From Malacoraja senta (lineage: Eukaryota), in the NCBI GenBank assembly GCA_038087875.1, contig JAXLNO010000329.1:62001-126000 (forward strand): a stretch of 64,000 nucleotides of DNA. The letters are read 5' to 3'. Under the pieces are notes generated by a model, which worked only from the letters and a program-made list of their open reading frames with translations, was not told where the DNA came from and made no database searches. Made by a program: the position numbers and the translations under genes. Below, piece by piece: positions 9,501-22,819 of the stretch. The number at the start of each line of letters is the position of its first letter. Within the stretch, counting starts at the first letter, position 1.

Positions 9501-12500
9501 TTTGACTGACCCTTTGACTAGGACCGGTTCATCTTTTGACTCTGACCATTTGACCCCTTGCGTCTGACACTTTGACTGATCCTTTGACTTTGACCCTTTG
9601 ACTCTGACCCTTTGATTGATCCTTTGACTGATCCTTTGACTGACCCTTTGACTCTGACCCTCTGACTGACCCTTTGACTTGGACCATTTGACTCTGACCC
9701 TTTGACTGACCCTTTGACTGACCCTTTGACTGACCCTTTGACTGACCCTTTGACTGACCCTTTGACTCTGACCCTTTGACGCTGACCCATGGCATTTTTG
9801 ACCATTTGACTCTTTGACCCTTTGACTGTCTCTATGACTCTGACACGTTGTCTCTGACCCTTGGACTCTGAACCCTCTTCCCTGACATTGACCCTTTGGT
9901 TCTGACCACTTGACCCTTTGAATGACCCTTTGACTGACCCTTTGACTCTGACCCTTTGAACCTGACATTTGATTCTGACCCTTTGAATCTGACCCTTTGA
10001 CTGACACTTTGACTCTGACCATTTGATTCTGCCCTTTGACTCTGACCGTTTGACCCTTAGAATCTGACCCTTTGACACTGACCCTTTCTCTGACCCTTTG
10101 ACTCTGATATTTTGACTCTGACCGTTTGACTCTGACCCTTTGACTCTGACCCTTTGAACCTGACATTTGATTCTGTCCCTTTGAATCTGACCCTTTGACG
10201 CTGAACCTTTGACCCTGACCCATTGACTGACCCTTTGACACCGAACCTTACCCTTTGACTCTGACCCTTTGACTGACTCTTTGACTAGGACCCTTTCAAC
10301 TTTTGACTGTCCATTTGAATCCTTGAATCTGACCCTCTGATTCTTTGACTTTGACCCTTTGTATCTGACCCTTTGATTGACCCTTTGACTCTGATCCTTT
10401 GACTTTGACCCTTTGACTCTGATCATTTGACTCAGACCATTTGACTCTGACCATTTGACTCTGACGTTTTGACCCTTTGACTAACCCTTTAACTCTGACC
10501 CTTTGACTCTGACTCTTTGACTCTGACACGTTGACTCTGAACCTTTGACCCTGACCCATTGACTCTGACTCGTTGACTCTGACCCTTTGACCATTTGAAT
10601 GACGCTTTCACCCTTTGACTCAGACCCTACAACGCTGACCCTTTTACTGACCTTTTGGCGCTGAACCTTTACCCTGACCCGTTGATCCTTTGACTCTAAC
10701 CTTTTGACCCTGACCATTTGACACTGACAATTTGACCCTGACCCTTTGACTCTGACCCTTTGACTCCGATCCTTTGACCCTGACCCTTTGACCCTGACCC
10801 TTTGGCTCTGACCCTTTGACCCTGACCCTTTGACTCTGACCCATGGACCCTGACCCTTTGACTCTGACCCTTTGAATCTGACCGTTTGACTGACCGTTTG
10901 ACCGCTTGACCATGACCCTTTGACCCTGACCCTTTGTCCCTGAAACTTTGACCCTGACCCTTTGACTCTGACCCTTTGACTCTGACCCTTTGACTGAAAC
11001 TGACTCTGACCCTTTGACCCTGTGTCTCTGACCCGTTGACTGATGCTTTGAAACTTTGACCCTTTAACTCTGACCCTTTGACTATGACCCTTTGACTCTG
11101 ACCCGTTGACTGACCCTTTGACCCTTTCAATCTGACCCTTTGAGTCTGACCGTTTGACTGTTTAACCCTGACACGTTGACCCTGACACTTTGACCCTGAC
11201 CCTTTGACCCTGACACTTTGACTGACCCTTTGACTATGACCCTTTGACTCTGAACCTTTGACATTGACGCTTTGACTCTGTCTCTTTGGCTCTGACCCTT
11301 TGACCCTGACCCTTTGTCACTAACCCGTTGACACGGACCCATTGAACATTTGACACTGGCCCTTTGACCCTTTGATTCTGACCCTTTGACCCTTTCCGTT
11401 TGACCATGACCCTTTGACCCTGACCCTTTGACCCTGACCCTTTGATTCTGACCCTTTGACTCTGAACATTTGACCCTGACCCATTGACTCTGACCCGTTG
11501 ACTCTGACCCTTTGACCCTTTGAATCTGACCATTTGACTCTGACCGTTTAACCGTTTGACCATGACCCTTTGATACTGACCCTTTAACCCTGACACTTTG
11601 ACCCTGACCCTTTGCTCTGACCCTTTGACTGACCCTTTGACTCTGACACTTTGACTCTGACCCGTTGACTCTGACCCTGACCCTTTGACTGACACTTTGA
11701 CTGTCCCTTTGACTCTGACCCTTTGAACCTGACCCTTTGTCTCTGACCCGTTGACTCTGACCCTTTGAAACGTTGACTCTGACCCTTTGACCCTTTGACT
11801 ATGACCCTTTGACTCTGATCCATTGACCCTGACCCTTTGCCTCTTTGACCCTTTGACTCATTGACGCGTTGACTCTGTCTCTGGTTCTGACCCTTTGACC
11901 CTTTTTCTCTGACCCGTTGACACGGACCCTTTGATCATGTCCACTGACCCTTTGACCCTTTGACTGACCATTTGACCCTGACCGTTTAACCATGACCCTT
12001 CGACCGTGACCCTTTGACTCTGACCCTTTGACTCTGACCCTTTGTCTCTGACACATTGCCTCTTTGACCATTTGACTTTGACCCTTTGACTGTCTCTTTG
12101 ACTCTGACCCTTGGACTCTGACCCTTTTCCCCTGACGTTGACCCTTTGGTTCTGATCATTTGACCCTTTGACTGACCCTTTGACTTTGACCCTTTGACTG
12201 ACACTTTGACTCTGACCCTTTGATTCTGACCCTTTCTGACCCTTTGACCCTTTGATTCTGACCTTTTGACTGACCCTTTCTCTGACCCTTTGTCTCTGAC
12301 CCTTTGACTCTGAACGTTTGACTGACTTTGACTTTGACCCTTTGATTCTGACCCTTTGTGTACTGACCGTTTGCCTCTGACCATTTGACTGACATTTTAA
12401 CCCTTTGATTGACCCTTTAAATCTGACCCTTTGACTGACCCTTTGACTCTGGCTTTGACTCTGACACTGACCCTTTGACCTTGACCCTTTGACTCTGACC

Positions 12501-15500
12501 CTTTGACTGACCCTTTGACACCGAACCTTACCCTTTGACTCTGAACCTTTGTATCTGTCCCTTTGATTGACCCTTTGTCTCTGACCCTTTGACTTTGACC
12601 CTTTGACTGAACATATGACCCTGACCATTTGACATTATCCCCTTGACTATGACCCTTTGACTATGAAGCTTTGACCCTGCCCTTTGACCCTGACACTGAC
12701 CCTTTGACCCTTACACTCTGACACTTTGATTGACCCTTTGACTCTGACCCTTTGACCCTGACCCTTTGGCTCTGACCCGTTGACTCTGACCCTTTGAAAC
12801 TTTGACTCTGACCCTTTAACTCTGACCCCTTGACTATGACCCTTTGACTGAACTTTTGACCCTGACCCTTTGCCTCTTTGACCCTTTGACTCATTGACGC
12901 TTTGACTGTCTCTTTGGCTCTGACCCTTTGACCCTGACCCTTTGTATCTGACCCGTTGACACGGACCCTTTGAACATTTGACACTGACCCTTTGACCCTG
13001 ACCGTTTGACCATGACCTTTTGACCTTGACCCTTTGACTCTGACCCTTTGACGCTGAACCTTTGATCCTGACCCATTGATTCTGACCAGTTGACTCTGAC
13101 CCCTTGACCCATTGAATCTGACCCTTTGACTCTGACAGTTTGACCGTTTGACCATGACCCTTTGACCCGGACCCTTTGACCCTGACACTTTGACCCTGAC
13201 CCTTTGACTCTGACCCTTTGACTGACCCGTTGAATCTGACACTTTGACTCTGACCCTTTGACTCTGACGCTTTGACCCTTTGACTGACCCTTTGACTCTG
13301 ACCCTTTGACTCTGACCCTTTGTCTCTGACCCGTCGAGTCTGACCCTTTGAAACTTTGACTCTGACCCTTTGACCCTTTGATTATGACCCTTTGACTCTG
13401 AACCTTTGACCCTGACCCTTTGCCTCTTTGCCTCTTTGACTCATTGACGCTTTGACTGTCTGGCTCTGACCCTTTGACCCTTTGTCTCTGACCCGTTGAC
13501 ACGGACCCTTTGATCATTTGACACTGACCCTTTGACCCTTTGCCTCTGACCATTTGACCCTTTGACTGACCCTTTGACTTTGACCCTTTGACTCTGACCC
13601 TTTGAACCTGACATTTGATTCTGTCGCTTTGAATCTGACCCTTTGACTGACACTATGACACTGACCCTTTGATTCTGACCCTTTGACTGACCATTTGACC
13701 CTTCGATTCACACTATTTGACTCTGATCCTTTGACTGACCCTTTCTCTGACCCTTTGTCTCTGACCCTTTGACTCTGACCGTTTGACTCTGACACTTTGA
13801 CTTTGACCCTTTGATTCTGACCCTTTGTCTCTGACCGTTTGCCTCTGACCATTTGATCTGACATTTTGACCCTTTGATTGACCCTTTAACTCTGACGCTT
13901 TGACTCTGACCCTTTGACTCTGACTCTTTGTCTCTGACACTGACCCTTTGACTTTGACCCTTTGACTCTGACCCTTTGACTGACCCTTTGACAGCGACCC
14001 TTACCCTTTGACTCTGACCCTTTGACTTTGACTCTTGGACTAGGACCATTTCAACTTTTGACTCTGACCATTTGACCCCTTGAGTCTGACCCTTTGGTTC
14101 TTTGACTTTGACCCTTTGACTCTGACACTTTGACTGACCCTTTGACTCTGATCCTTTGACTTTGATCCTTTGACTCTGAACATTTGACCCTGACCATTTG
14201 ACACTGTCCCATTGACCATGACTCTTTGACTATGAAGCTTTGACCCTGCCCTTTGAACCTGACACTGACCCTGACCCTTTGACCCAGACCCTTTGACTGA
14301 CCATTTGACCCAGACCCTTTGACTAACCCTTTGACCCTTTGATTCTGACCCTTTGATTCTGAACCTTTGATTGACCCTTTGAATCTGACTTTGAACCTTC
14401 GACTCTGACGCTTTGACTGACTTTGACTCTTTAACACTGACCATTTGACCCTGTCCCCTTGACTATGACCCTTTGACTCTGACCCTTTGACCCTGACCCT
14501 TGGACTCTGACCCTTTGACACTGACCCTTGGATCCTGACCCATTGACTCTGACCCTTTGACCCTTTGAATCTGACCCTTTGACTCTGACCGTTTAACTGA
14601 CACTTTGACTTTGACCCTTTGATTCTGACCCTTTGTCTCTGACCGTTTGCCTCTGACCATTTGACTGACATTTTGACCCTTTGATTGACCCTTTAACTCT
14701 GACCCTTTGACTGACCCTTTGACTCTGACTCTTTGACTCTGACACTGACCGTATGACTGACCCTTTGACCTTGACCCTTTGACTCTGACCCTTTGACTGA
14801 CCCTTTGACACCGAACCATACCCTTTGACTCTGACCCTTTGACTCTGACTCTTTGACTAGGACCCTTTCAACTTTTGACGCTGTCCATTTGAACCTTTGA
14901 ATCTGACCCTCTGATTCTTTGACTTTGACCCTTTGTATCTCACCCTTTGATTGACCCTTTGACTCTGATCCTTTGACTTTGACCCTTTGACTGAACATTT
15001 GACCCTGACCATTTGACATTGTCCCCTTGACTATGACCCTTTGACTATGAAGCTTTGACCCTGCCCTTTGACCCTGACACTGACCCTTTGACCCTTACAC
15101 TCTGACACTTTGATTGACCCTTTGACTCTGACCCTTTGACCCTGACCCTTTGTCTCTGACCCGTTGACTCTGACCCTTTGAAACTTTGACTCTGACCCTT
15201 TAACTCTGACCCCTTGACTATGACCCTTTGACTGAACTTTTGACCCTGACCCTTTGCCTGTTTGACCCTTTGACTCATTGACGCTTTGACTGTCTCTTTG
15301 GCTCTGACCCTTTGACCCTGACCCTTTGTCTCTGACCCGTTGACACGGACCCTTAGAACATTTGACACTGACCCTGTGACCCTGACCGTTTGACCATGAC
15401 CCTTTGACCCTGACCCTTTGACTCTGATCCTTTGACGCTGAACCTTTGACCCTGACCCATGATTCTGACCCGTTGATTCTGACCCTTTGACACTTTGAAT

Positions 15501-18500
15501 CTGACCCTTTGACTCTGACAGTTTGACCGTTTGACCATGACCCTTTGACCCGGACCCTTTGACCCTGACACTTTGACCCTGACCCTTTGACTCTGACTTT
15601 GACTGACCCTTTGAATCTGACACTTTGACTCTGACCCTTTGACTCTGACGCTTTGACCCTTTGACTCTGACTCTTTGACTCTGACCCTTTGTCTCTCACC
15701 CCTTGACTCTGACCCTTTGAATCTTTGACTCTGACCCATTGACCCTTTGATTATGACCCTTTGACTCTGAACCTTTGACCCTGACCTTTTGCCTCTTTGC
15801 CCCTTTGACTCATTGACGCTTTGACTGTCTCTGGCTCTGACCATTTGACCCTTTGTCTCTGACCCGTTGACACGGACCCTTTGATCATTTGACACTGACC
15901 CTTTGACCCTTTGACTCTGACCATTTGACCCTGACCGTTTGACCATGACCCTTTGACCCAGACCCTTTGACTCTGACCATTTGACTCTGACCCTTTGACT
16001 GACACATTGCCTCTTTGACCATTTGACTTTGACCTTTTGACTGTCTCTTTGACTCTGACCCTTGGACTCTGACCCTTTTTCCAACTTTGACCCTTTGCCT
16101 CTGACCATTTGACCCTTTGACTGACCCTTTGACTTTGACCCTTTGACTCTGACCGTTTGAACCTGACATTTGATTCTGTCCCTTTGAATCTGACCCTTTG
16201 ACTGACACTTTGACTCTGACCCTTTGATTCTGACCCTTTGACGGACCCTTTGACCCTTTGATTCAGACCATTTGACTCTGACCCTTTGACTGACCCTTTC
16301 TCTTACCCTTTGTCTCTGACCCTTCGACTCTGACCGTTTGACTCTGACACTTTGACTTTGACCCTTTGATTCTGACCCTTTGTCTCTGACCGTTTGCCTC
16401 TGACCATTTGATCTGACATTTTGACCCTTTTATTGATCCTTTAACTCTGACGCTTTGACTCTGACCCTTTGACTCTGACTCTTTGACTCTGACACTGACC
16501 CTTTGACCTTGACCCTTTGACTCTGACCCTTTGACTGACCCTTTGACACCGACCCTTACCCTTTGACTCTGACCCTTTGACTTTGACTCTTTGACTAGGA
16601 CCCTTTCAACTTTTGACTCTGACCATTTGACACCTTGAGTCTGACCCTCTGATTCTTTGACCCTGCCCTTTGACCCTGACACTGACCCTGACCCTTTGAC
16701 CCTGACCCTTTGACTGACCATTTGACCCAGACCCTTTGACTAACCCATTGACCCTTTGATTCTGACCCTTTGATTCTGAACCTTTGATTGACCCTTTGAA
16801 TCTGACTTTGACCCTTCGACTCTGACCCTTTGACCCTTTGACTGACTTTGACTCTTTAACACTGACCATTTGACCCTGTCCCCTTGACTATGACCCTTTG
16901 ACCCTGACCCTTTGACCCGGACCCTTAGACTCTGACCCTTCGACCCTTTGAATCTGACCCTTTGACTCAGACCGTTTGAACGTTTGACCCTGACTCTTTG
17001 AACCCTGACATTTTGACCCTGACCCTTTGAACCTGACCTTTTGACCCTGGCACTTTGACCGTGACCCTATGACTGACCCTTTGACTGACCCTTCGACTCT
17101 GACCCTTTGATTCTGACCCATTGACCCTTTGACTGACACTTTGACACTGACCCTTTGACTCTGACCCTTTGACCCTGACCCTTTGGCTCTGACCCGTTGA
17201 CTCTGACCCTTTGAAACTTTGACTCTGACCCTTTAACTCTGACCCCTTGACTATGACCCTTTGACTGAACTTTTGACCCTGACCCTTTGCCTCTTTGACC
17301 CTTTGACTCATTGACGCTTTGACTGTCTCTTTGGCTCTGACCCTTTGTATCTGACCCGTTGACACGGACCCTTTGAACATTTGACACTGACCCTTTGACC
17401 CTGACCGTTTGACCATGATCTTTTGACCTTGACCCTTTGACTCTGACCCTTTGACGCTGAACCTTTGATCCTGACCCATTGATTCTGACCCGTTGACTCT
17501 GACCCCTTGACCCTTTGAATCTGACCCTTTGACTCTGACAGTTTGACCGGTTGACCATGACCCTTTGACCCGGACACTTTGACCCTGACACTTTGACCCT
17601 GACCCTTTGACTCTGACCCTTTGACTGACCCTTTGAATCTGACACTTTGACTCTGACCCTTTGACTCTGACGCTTTGACCCTTTGACTGACCCTTTGACT
17701 CTGACCCTTTGACTCTGACCCTTTGTCTCTGACCCGTCGACTGTGACCCTTTGAAACTTTGACTCTGACCCTTTGACCCTTTGATTATGACCCTTTGACT
17801 CTGAACCTTTGACCCTGACCCTTTGCCTCTTTGCCCCTTTGACTCATTGACGCTTTGACTGTCTGGCTCTGACCCTTTGACCCTTTGTCTCTGACCCGTT
17901 GTCACGGACCATTTGATCATTTGACACTGACCCTTTGACCCTTTGACTCTGACCATTTGACCCTGACCGTTTGACCATGACCCTTTGACCCAGACCCTTT
18001 GACTCTGACCATTTGACTCTGACCCTTTGACGGACACATTGCCTCTTTGACCATTTGACTCTGACCATTTGACCCCTTGAGTCTGACCCTTTGGTTCTTT
18101 GACTTTGACCCTTTGACTCTGACACTTTGACTGACCCTTTGCCTCTGATCCTTTGACTTTGATCCTTTGACTCTGAACATTTGACATTGACCATTTGACA
18201 CTGTCCCATTGACCATGACTCTTTGACTATGAAGCTTTGACCCTGCAATTTGAACCTGACACTGACCCTGACCCTTTGACCCAGACCCTTTGACTGACCA
18301 TTTGACCCAGACCCTTTGACTAACCCTTTGACCCTTTGATTCTGACCCTTTGATTCTGAACCTTTGATTGACCCTTTGAATCTGTCTTTGAACCTTCGAC
18401 TCTGACGCTTTGACTGACTTTGACTCTTTAACACTGACCATTTGACCCTGTCCCCTTGACTATGACCCTTTGACCCTGACCCTTTGACCCGGACCCTTAG

Positions 18501-20302
18501 ACTCTGACCCTTCGACCCTTTGAATCTGACCCTTTGACTCAGACCGTTTGAACGTTTGACCCTGACTCTTTGACCCTGACATTTTGACCCTGACCCTTTG
18601 AACCTGACCTTTTGACCCAGGCACTTTGACCGTGACCCTATGACTGACCCTTTGACTGACCCTTCGACTCTGACCCTTTGATTCTGACCCTTTGACCCTT
18701 TGACTGACTCTTTGACACTGACCCTTTGACTCTGACCCTTTGACCCTGACACTTTGTCTCTGACCCGTTGACTCTGACCGTTTGAAACTTTGACTCTGAC
18801 CATTTAACTCTGACCCTTTCACTATGACCCTTTGTCTCTGAACCTTTGACACTGACCCTTTGCCTCTTGGACCCTTTGACTCATTGGCGCTTTGACGCTG
18901 TATCTTTGGCTGACACTTTGACCCTGACCCTTTGTCTCTGACCCGTTTACACGGACACTTTAGACATTTAACATTGACCCTTTGACCCTTTGAATCTGAC
19001 ACTTTAACCCTGATCGTTTGACCATGACCCTTTGACCCTGACCATTTGACTGACCCTTTGACTCTGACCCATTGCCTCTTTGACCATTTGACGCTTTGAC
19101 CATTTGACTGTCTCTTTGTCTGATCCTTTGTCTCTGACCTTTGGACTCTGACCCTTTTTCCCTGACTCTTTGACCCTTTGACTGACCCTTTGACTTTGGC
19201 CCTTTGATTCTGACGCTTTGAACCTGACATTTGAATCTGACCCTTTGAATCTGACCCCTTGACTGACACTTTGACTCTGACCCTTTGATTCTGACCCTAT
19301 GACTGATCCTTTGACCCTTTGATTTTGACCCTTTGACTGACCCTTTCTCTGACCCTTTGACTGACCCTTTGACTCTGACCCTTTGACTTTGACCCTTTGA
19401 TTCTGACCCTTTGACTGACCGTTTGCCACTGACCATTTGACTGACCTTTTGACCCTTTTACTGACCCTTTAACTCTGACCCTTTGACTCTGACCGTTTGA
19501 ATCTGACAGACTCTGACGTTGACCCTTTGACTCTGACCCTTTGACTGACCCTTTGACTATGATCCTTTGACTTTGACCCTTTGACTCTGACCTTTTGACT
19601 CAGACCCTTTGACTTTGACCCTTTGTCTCTGGCCCTTTGACTCTGACACTTTGACTCTGACTCTTTGACTGACTGACACTTTGTCCGTGAACTTTTGACT
19701 CTGACCCGTTGACTGACAATTTGTCTCTGACCCGTTGACTCTGACTCTTTGAAATTGTGACTGACCTTTTAACTCTGACCCTTTGACTATGACCCTTTGA
19801 CTCTGAACATTTGAACATGACCCTTTGCCTCTTGGACCCTTTGACTCGTTGACGCTTTGACTCTGTCTCTTTGGCTCTGACCCTTTGACCCTGACCCTTT
19901 GTCTCTGACCTGTTGACACGGACCCTTTGAACATTTGACACTGACCCTTTGACCCTTTGACTCTGACCCTTTGACCCTGCCAGTTTGACCCTGGCCCTTT
20001 GATCCTGACCCTTTGTCCCTGACCGTTTGGCTCTGACCCTTTGACTCTGACCCTTTGACTCTGACCCATTGCCTCTGACCATTTGAAGCTTTGATCCTTT
20101 GACTGTCTCTTTGACTGACTCTTTGTCTCTGACCCTTGGACTCTGGCCCATTTCCCTGACTCTTTGACCCTTTGACTGACCCTTTGACTTTGACCATTTG
20201 ACTTTGATCCTTTGAACCTGACATTTGAATCTGACCCTTTGAATCTGACCCTTTGACTGACATTTTGATTCTGACCCGATGATTCTGACCCTTTGACTCT
20301 GA
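9501..20302 (+). repeat. TGAC-word satellite, segment 2
   Basis: Same vocabulary and orientation as segment 1; 9501-~12125 copies ~240-2865. Confidence 0.97.
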
Positions 20303-22819
20303 AAATATATTTTTTTTTTATTGGAGATAAGTACACAACCTATTTACATCATTACAGTCTTACATTTTTAAATTGATAATATTGTCAATTATTATTACAT
20401 TGTCTCCAAAACCTTTTGCCTTTTTTTTAAAACTAAATAGAACTAAAGAGATAGATGAAGTAAAGAAAGAAAAGAAAGAGAAGAAAAACAAAAAAAAACA
20501 ACAACAATAACAACAACAAAAAAAACAAAAACAAAAACAAAAAAAAAGGAAAAAGATAGTTAAAGAAGAATTGAAAAATTTATTAAAATAAAAAACTTCA
20601 TTCGAGATATATTCGTACATTTCTAAGTATAGCATTTCATCCATTCTTTAGCCCGAGTGCTAGTCAGGTTCCTGTGCTGAACTGTTCTGACCCTTTAAGT
20701 AATCAATAAAAGGAGACCATGTTCCAACGAATAATTCCTGTTTGTCCAACAGGGAGAATCTGATTCTTTCCACGTTTAAGGTCTCCGTCATTTCTGTAAT
20801 CCACATTTTGATTGTGGGGGTCGTAGGGCCTTTCCAAAATTTTAGAATTAATTTTTTTCCTGTTATTAAACTATAATCAATAAAGTTTCTTTGTGTTGTT
20901 CTAAATGTTTGATTTAATTCTAATATTCCGAGTATTATTAATTTTGGATCTGGGTCCAATTGTGTGCTGGTTACTTTAGATATTATACTGAAAATATTTA
21001 CCCAGAATTTTTTAATTTTTATACAGTTTGCAAACATATGAGATAAGGTAGCTTCTAAATGTTGACACTTATCACATATAGGTGAGATATGTTGAAAGAT
21101 TTTATGTAGTTTTGTTTTTGAATAATGTAACCTATGTATTACTTTAAATTGTATTAGAGAATGTCTGGCGTTTAATGAACATTGATGTATGTGTTGCATA
21201 CTTTCTTCCCAAGTATCTTTCGTTATTATTTGATTTAATTCTTTTTCCCATGTTTGTCTGTGTAAGTCCGTCGATGGAATGTCACTGTCTAATAAGATAT
21301 TATATATATAAGATATTAATTTTTCTGTATTAGGATGTTTGTTCCAACATTCATCAAGAATTTCTGAATTTCTAATTCGAAAATTTTGAGTATTCGATTT
21401 TACATAATCTCTAAGTTGAAGATATCTGAAATAATCATTTCCTCGAAGTCCATAAGTCTGTTGCAACTCCTGAAATGTCAGAAAAGTGCCTTCCTTGTAA
21501 AGTTGTCCCATATTTTTAATTCCATAATTCTTCCATTGTGTAAAACCCCCATCCAACCATGAAGGCTTAAACAAAGGGTTATTCACAATTGGAAGAAAAA
21601 GTGATAAATTATCTAATTTTAATGTCTTTTTTAATTGTTTCCAAATTCGTATAGCACTAAATATTATAGGGTTTTCCCTATAATTTTTTTTGTTTAATTT
21701 AGACGTAGCAAATAATATCGAACCGATATCAAAAGGTAAACAATCTTCCTTTTCCATTTTTAACCAGTCTGGTTGATGATCTATTTCTTACAACCAGAAA
21801 TTCATATTTTTAATATTAACTGCCCAGAAATAAAACAAAAAGTTGGGTAAAACCAAGCCTCCATTTATTTTTGATTTACACAAATGTCTTTTGTTTATCC
21901 TATGATTCTTATAATCCCAGATAAAATCATTAACAATAGAGTCCAGTTTTTTAAAAAAGTTTTTTGCCAGATATATCGGAATTGTCTGAAAAAGGTATAA
22001 TATTTGCGGTAAAAAAATCATTTTTATGGCATTAATTTTGCCAACCATTGAGATAGGAAGTGTTTTCCAGTATTGAATATTCTTATGTAGTTTATTCAGT
22101 AATGGTGGAAAATTTGCTTTAAATAATGATGTATATATCTTAGTTACATAAATACCTAGATATTTAAATTTTTCCTTTACTATTTTAAATGGAAATTGTT
22201 GTATTATCTGTTTGTTATGTTCCCTTATTGGCATAATTTCACTTTTATTCCAATTTATTCTGTATCCTGAAAGTGAACCAAATTGGGTTATTAGCTTTAA
22301 TAAGTTTGGAATACTAATTTCTGGTTTTGTAATGTAAATTAATACATCATCTGCGTATAGAGAAATTTTATTCACTGTGTCCTTTGTGTTATACCCGTGT
22401 ATTTCCGGATGCCCCCTGACTCTTTCTGCAAGTGGCTCAATAGCAAGCGCAAATAATAATGGAGATAACGGGCATCCTTGTCTACAACCTCTAGATAGGC
22501 TAAATTTAGATGACAACCTTTGGTTTGTAAATATTCTAGCCGTGGGATTTGTATATAACAGTTTTATCCATGTACAGAATTTCTCCCCTAGCTGCATATT
22601 TTCCATCACCGAAAATAAATAAGACCATTCGACCTGATCGAATGCTTTTTCAGCGTCAAGTGAGATTATTGCTAGATCTTCATTAATAATTCTCTTGGAA
22701 TATATAATATTAAATAATCTTCTTAGATTATAATATGAGTACCGTTTCTGAATAAAGCCTGTTTGGTCAGGGTGTATTAATTTATTCATCACTGTACTTA
22801 ATCTATGCGCTAGATTAAT
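20303..22819 (-). mobile_element. 5'-truncated L1-clade LINE
   Basis: RT and C-terminal CCHC region, T-rich 3' UTR, AATAAA running into an A tail at ~20310-20322. CTCTGA is duplicated at 20297-20302 and 22820-22825 relative to the empty paralogous site at ~3760-3810. Confidence 0.93.
20660..22813 (-). pseudogene. L1 ORF2 fragment (RT + CCHC) with one in-frame nonsense codon
   Basis: Motifs [39 protein letters not shown]....C. TAA at 21788-21790 separates two ORFs that are in the same frame. Confidence 0.92.

Noticed and set aside
20360..20644. 94-aa Phe/Cys-rich ORF
   Set aside because: Translation of the T-rich simple-repeat 3' UTR of the L1
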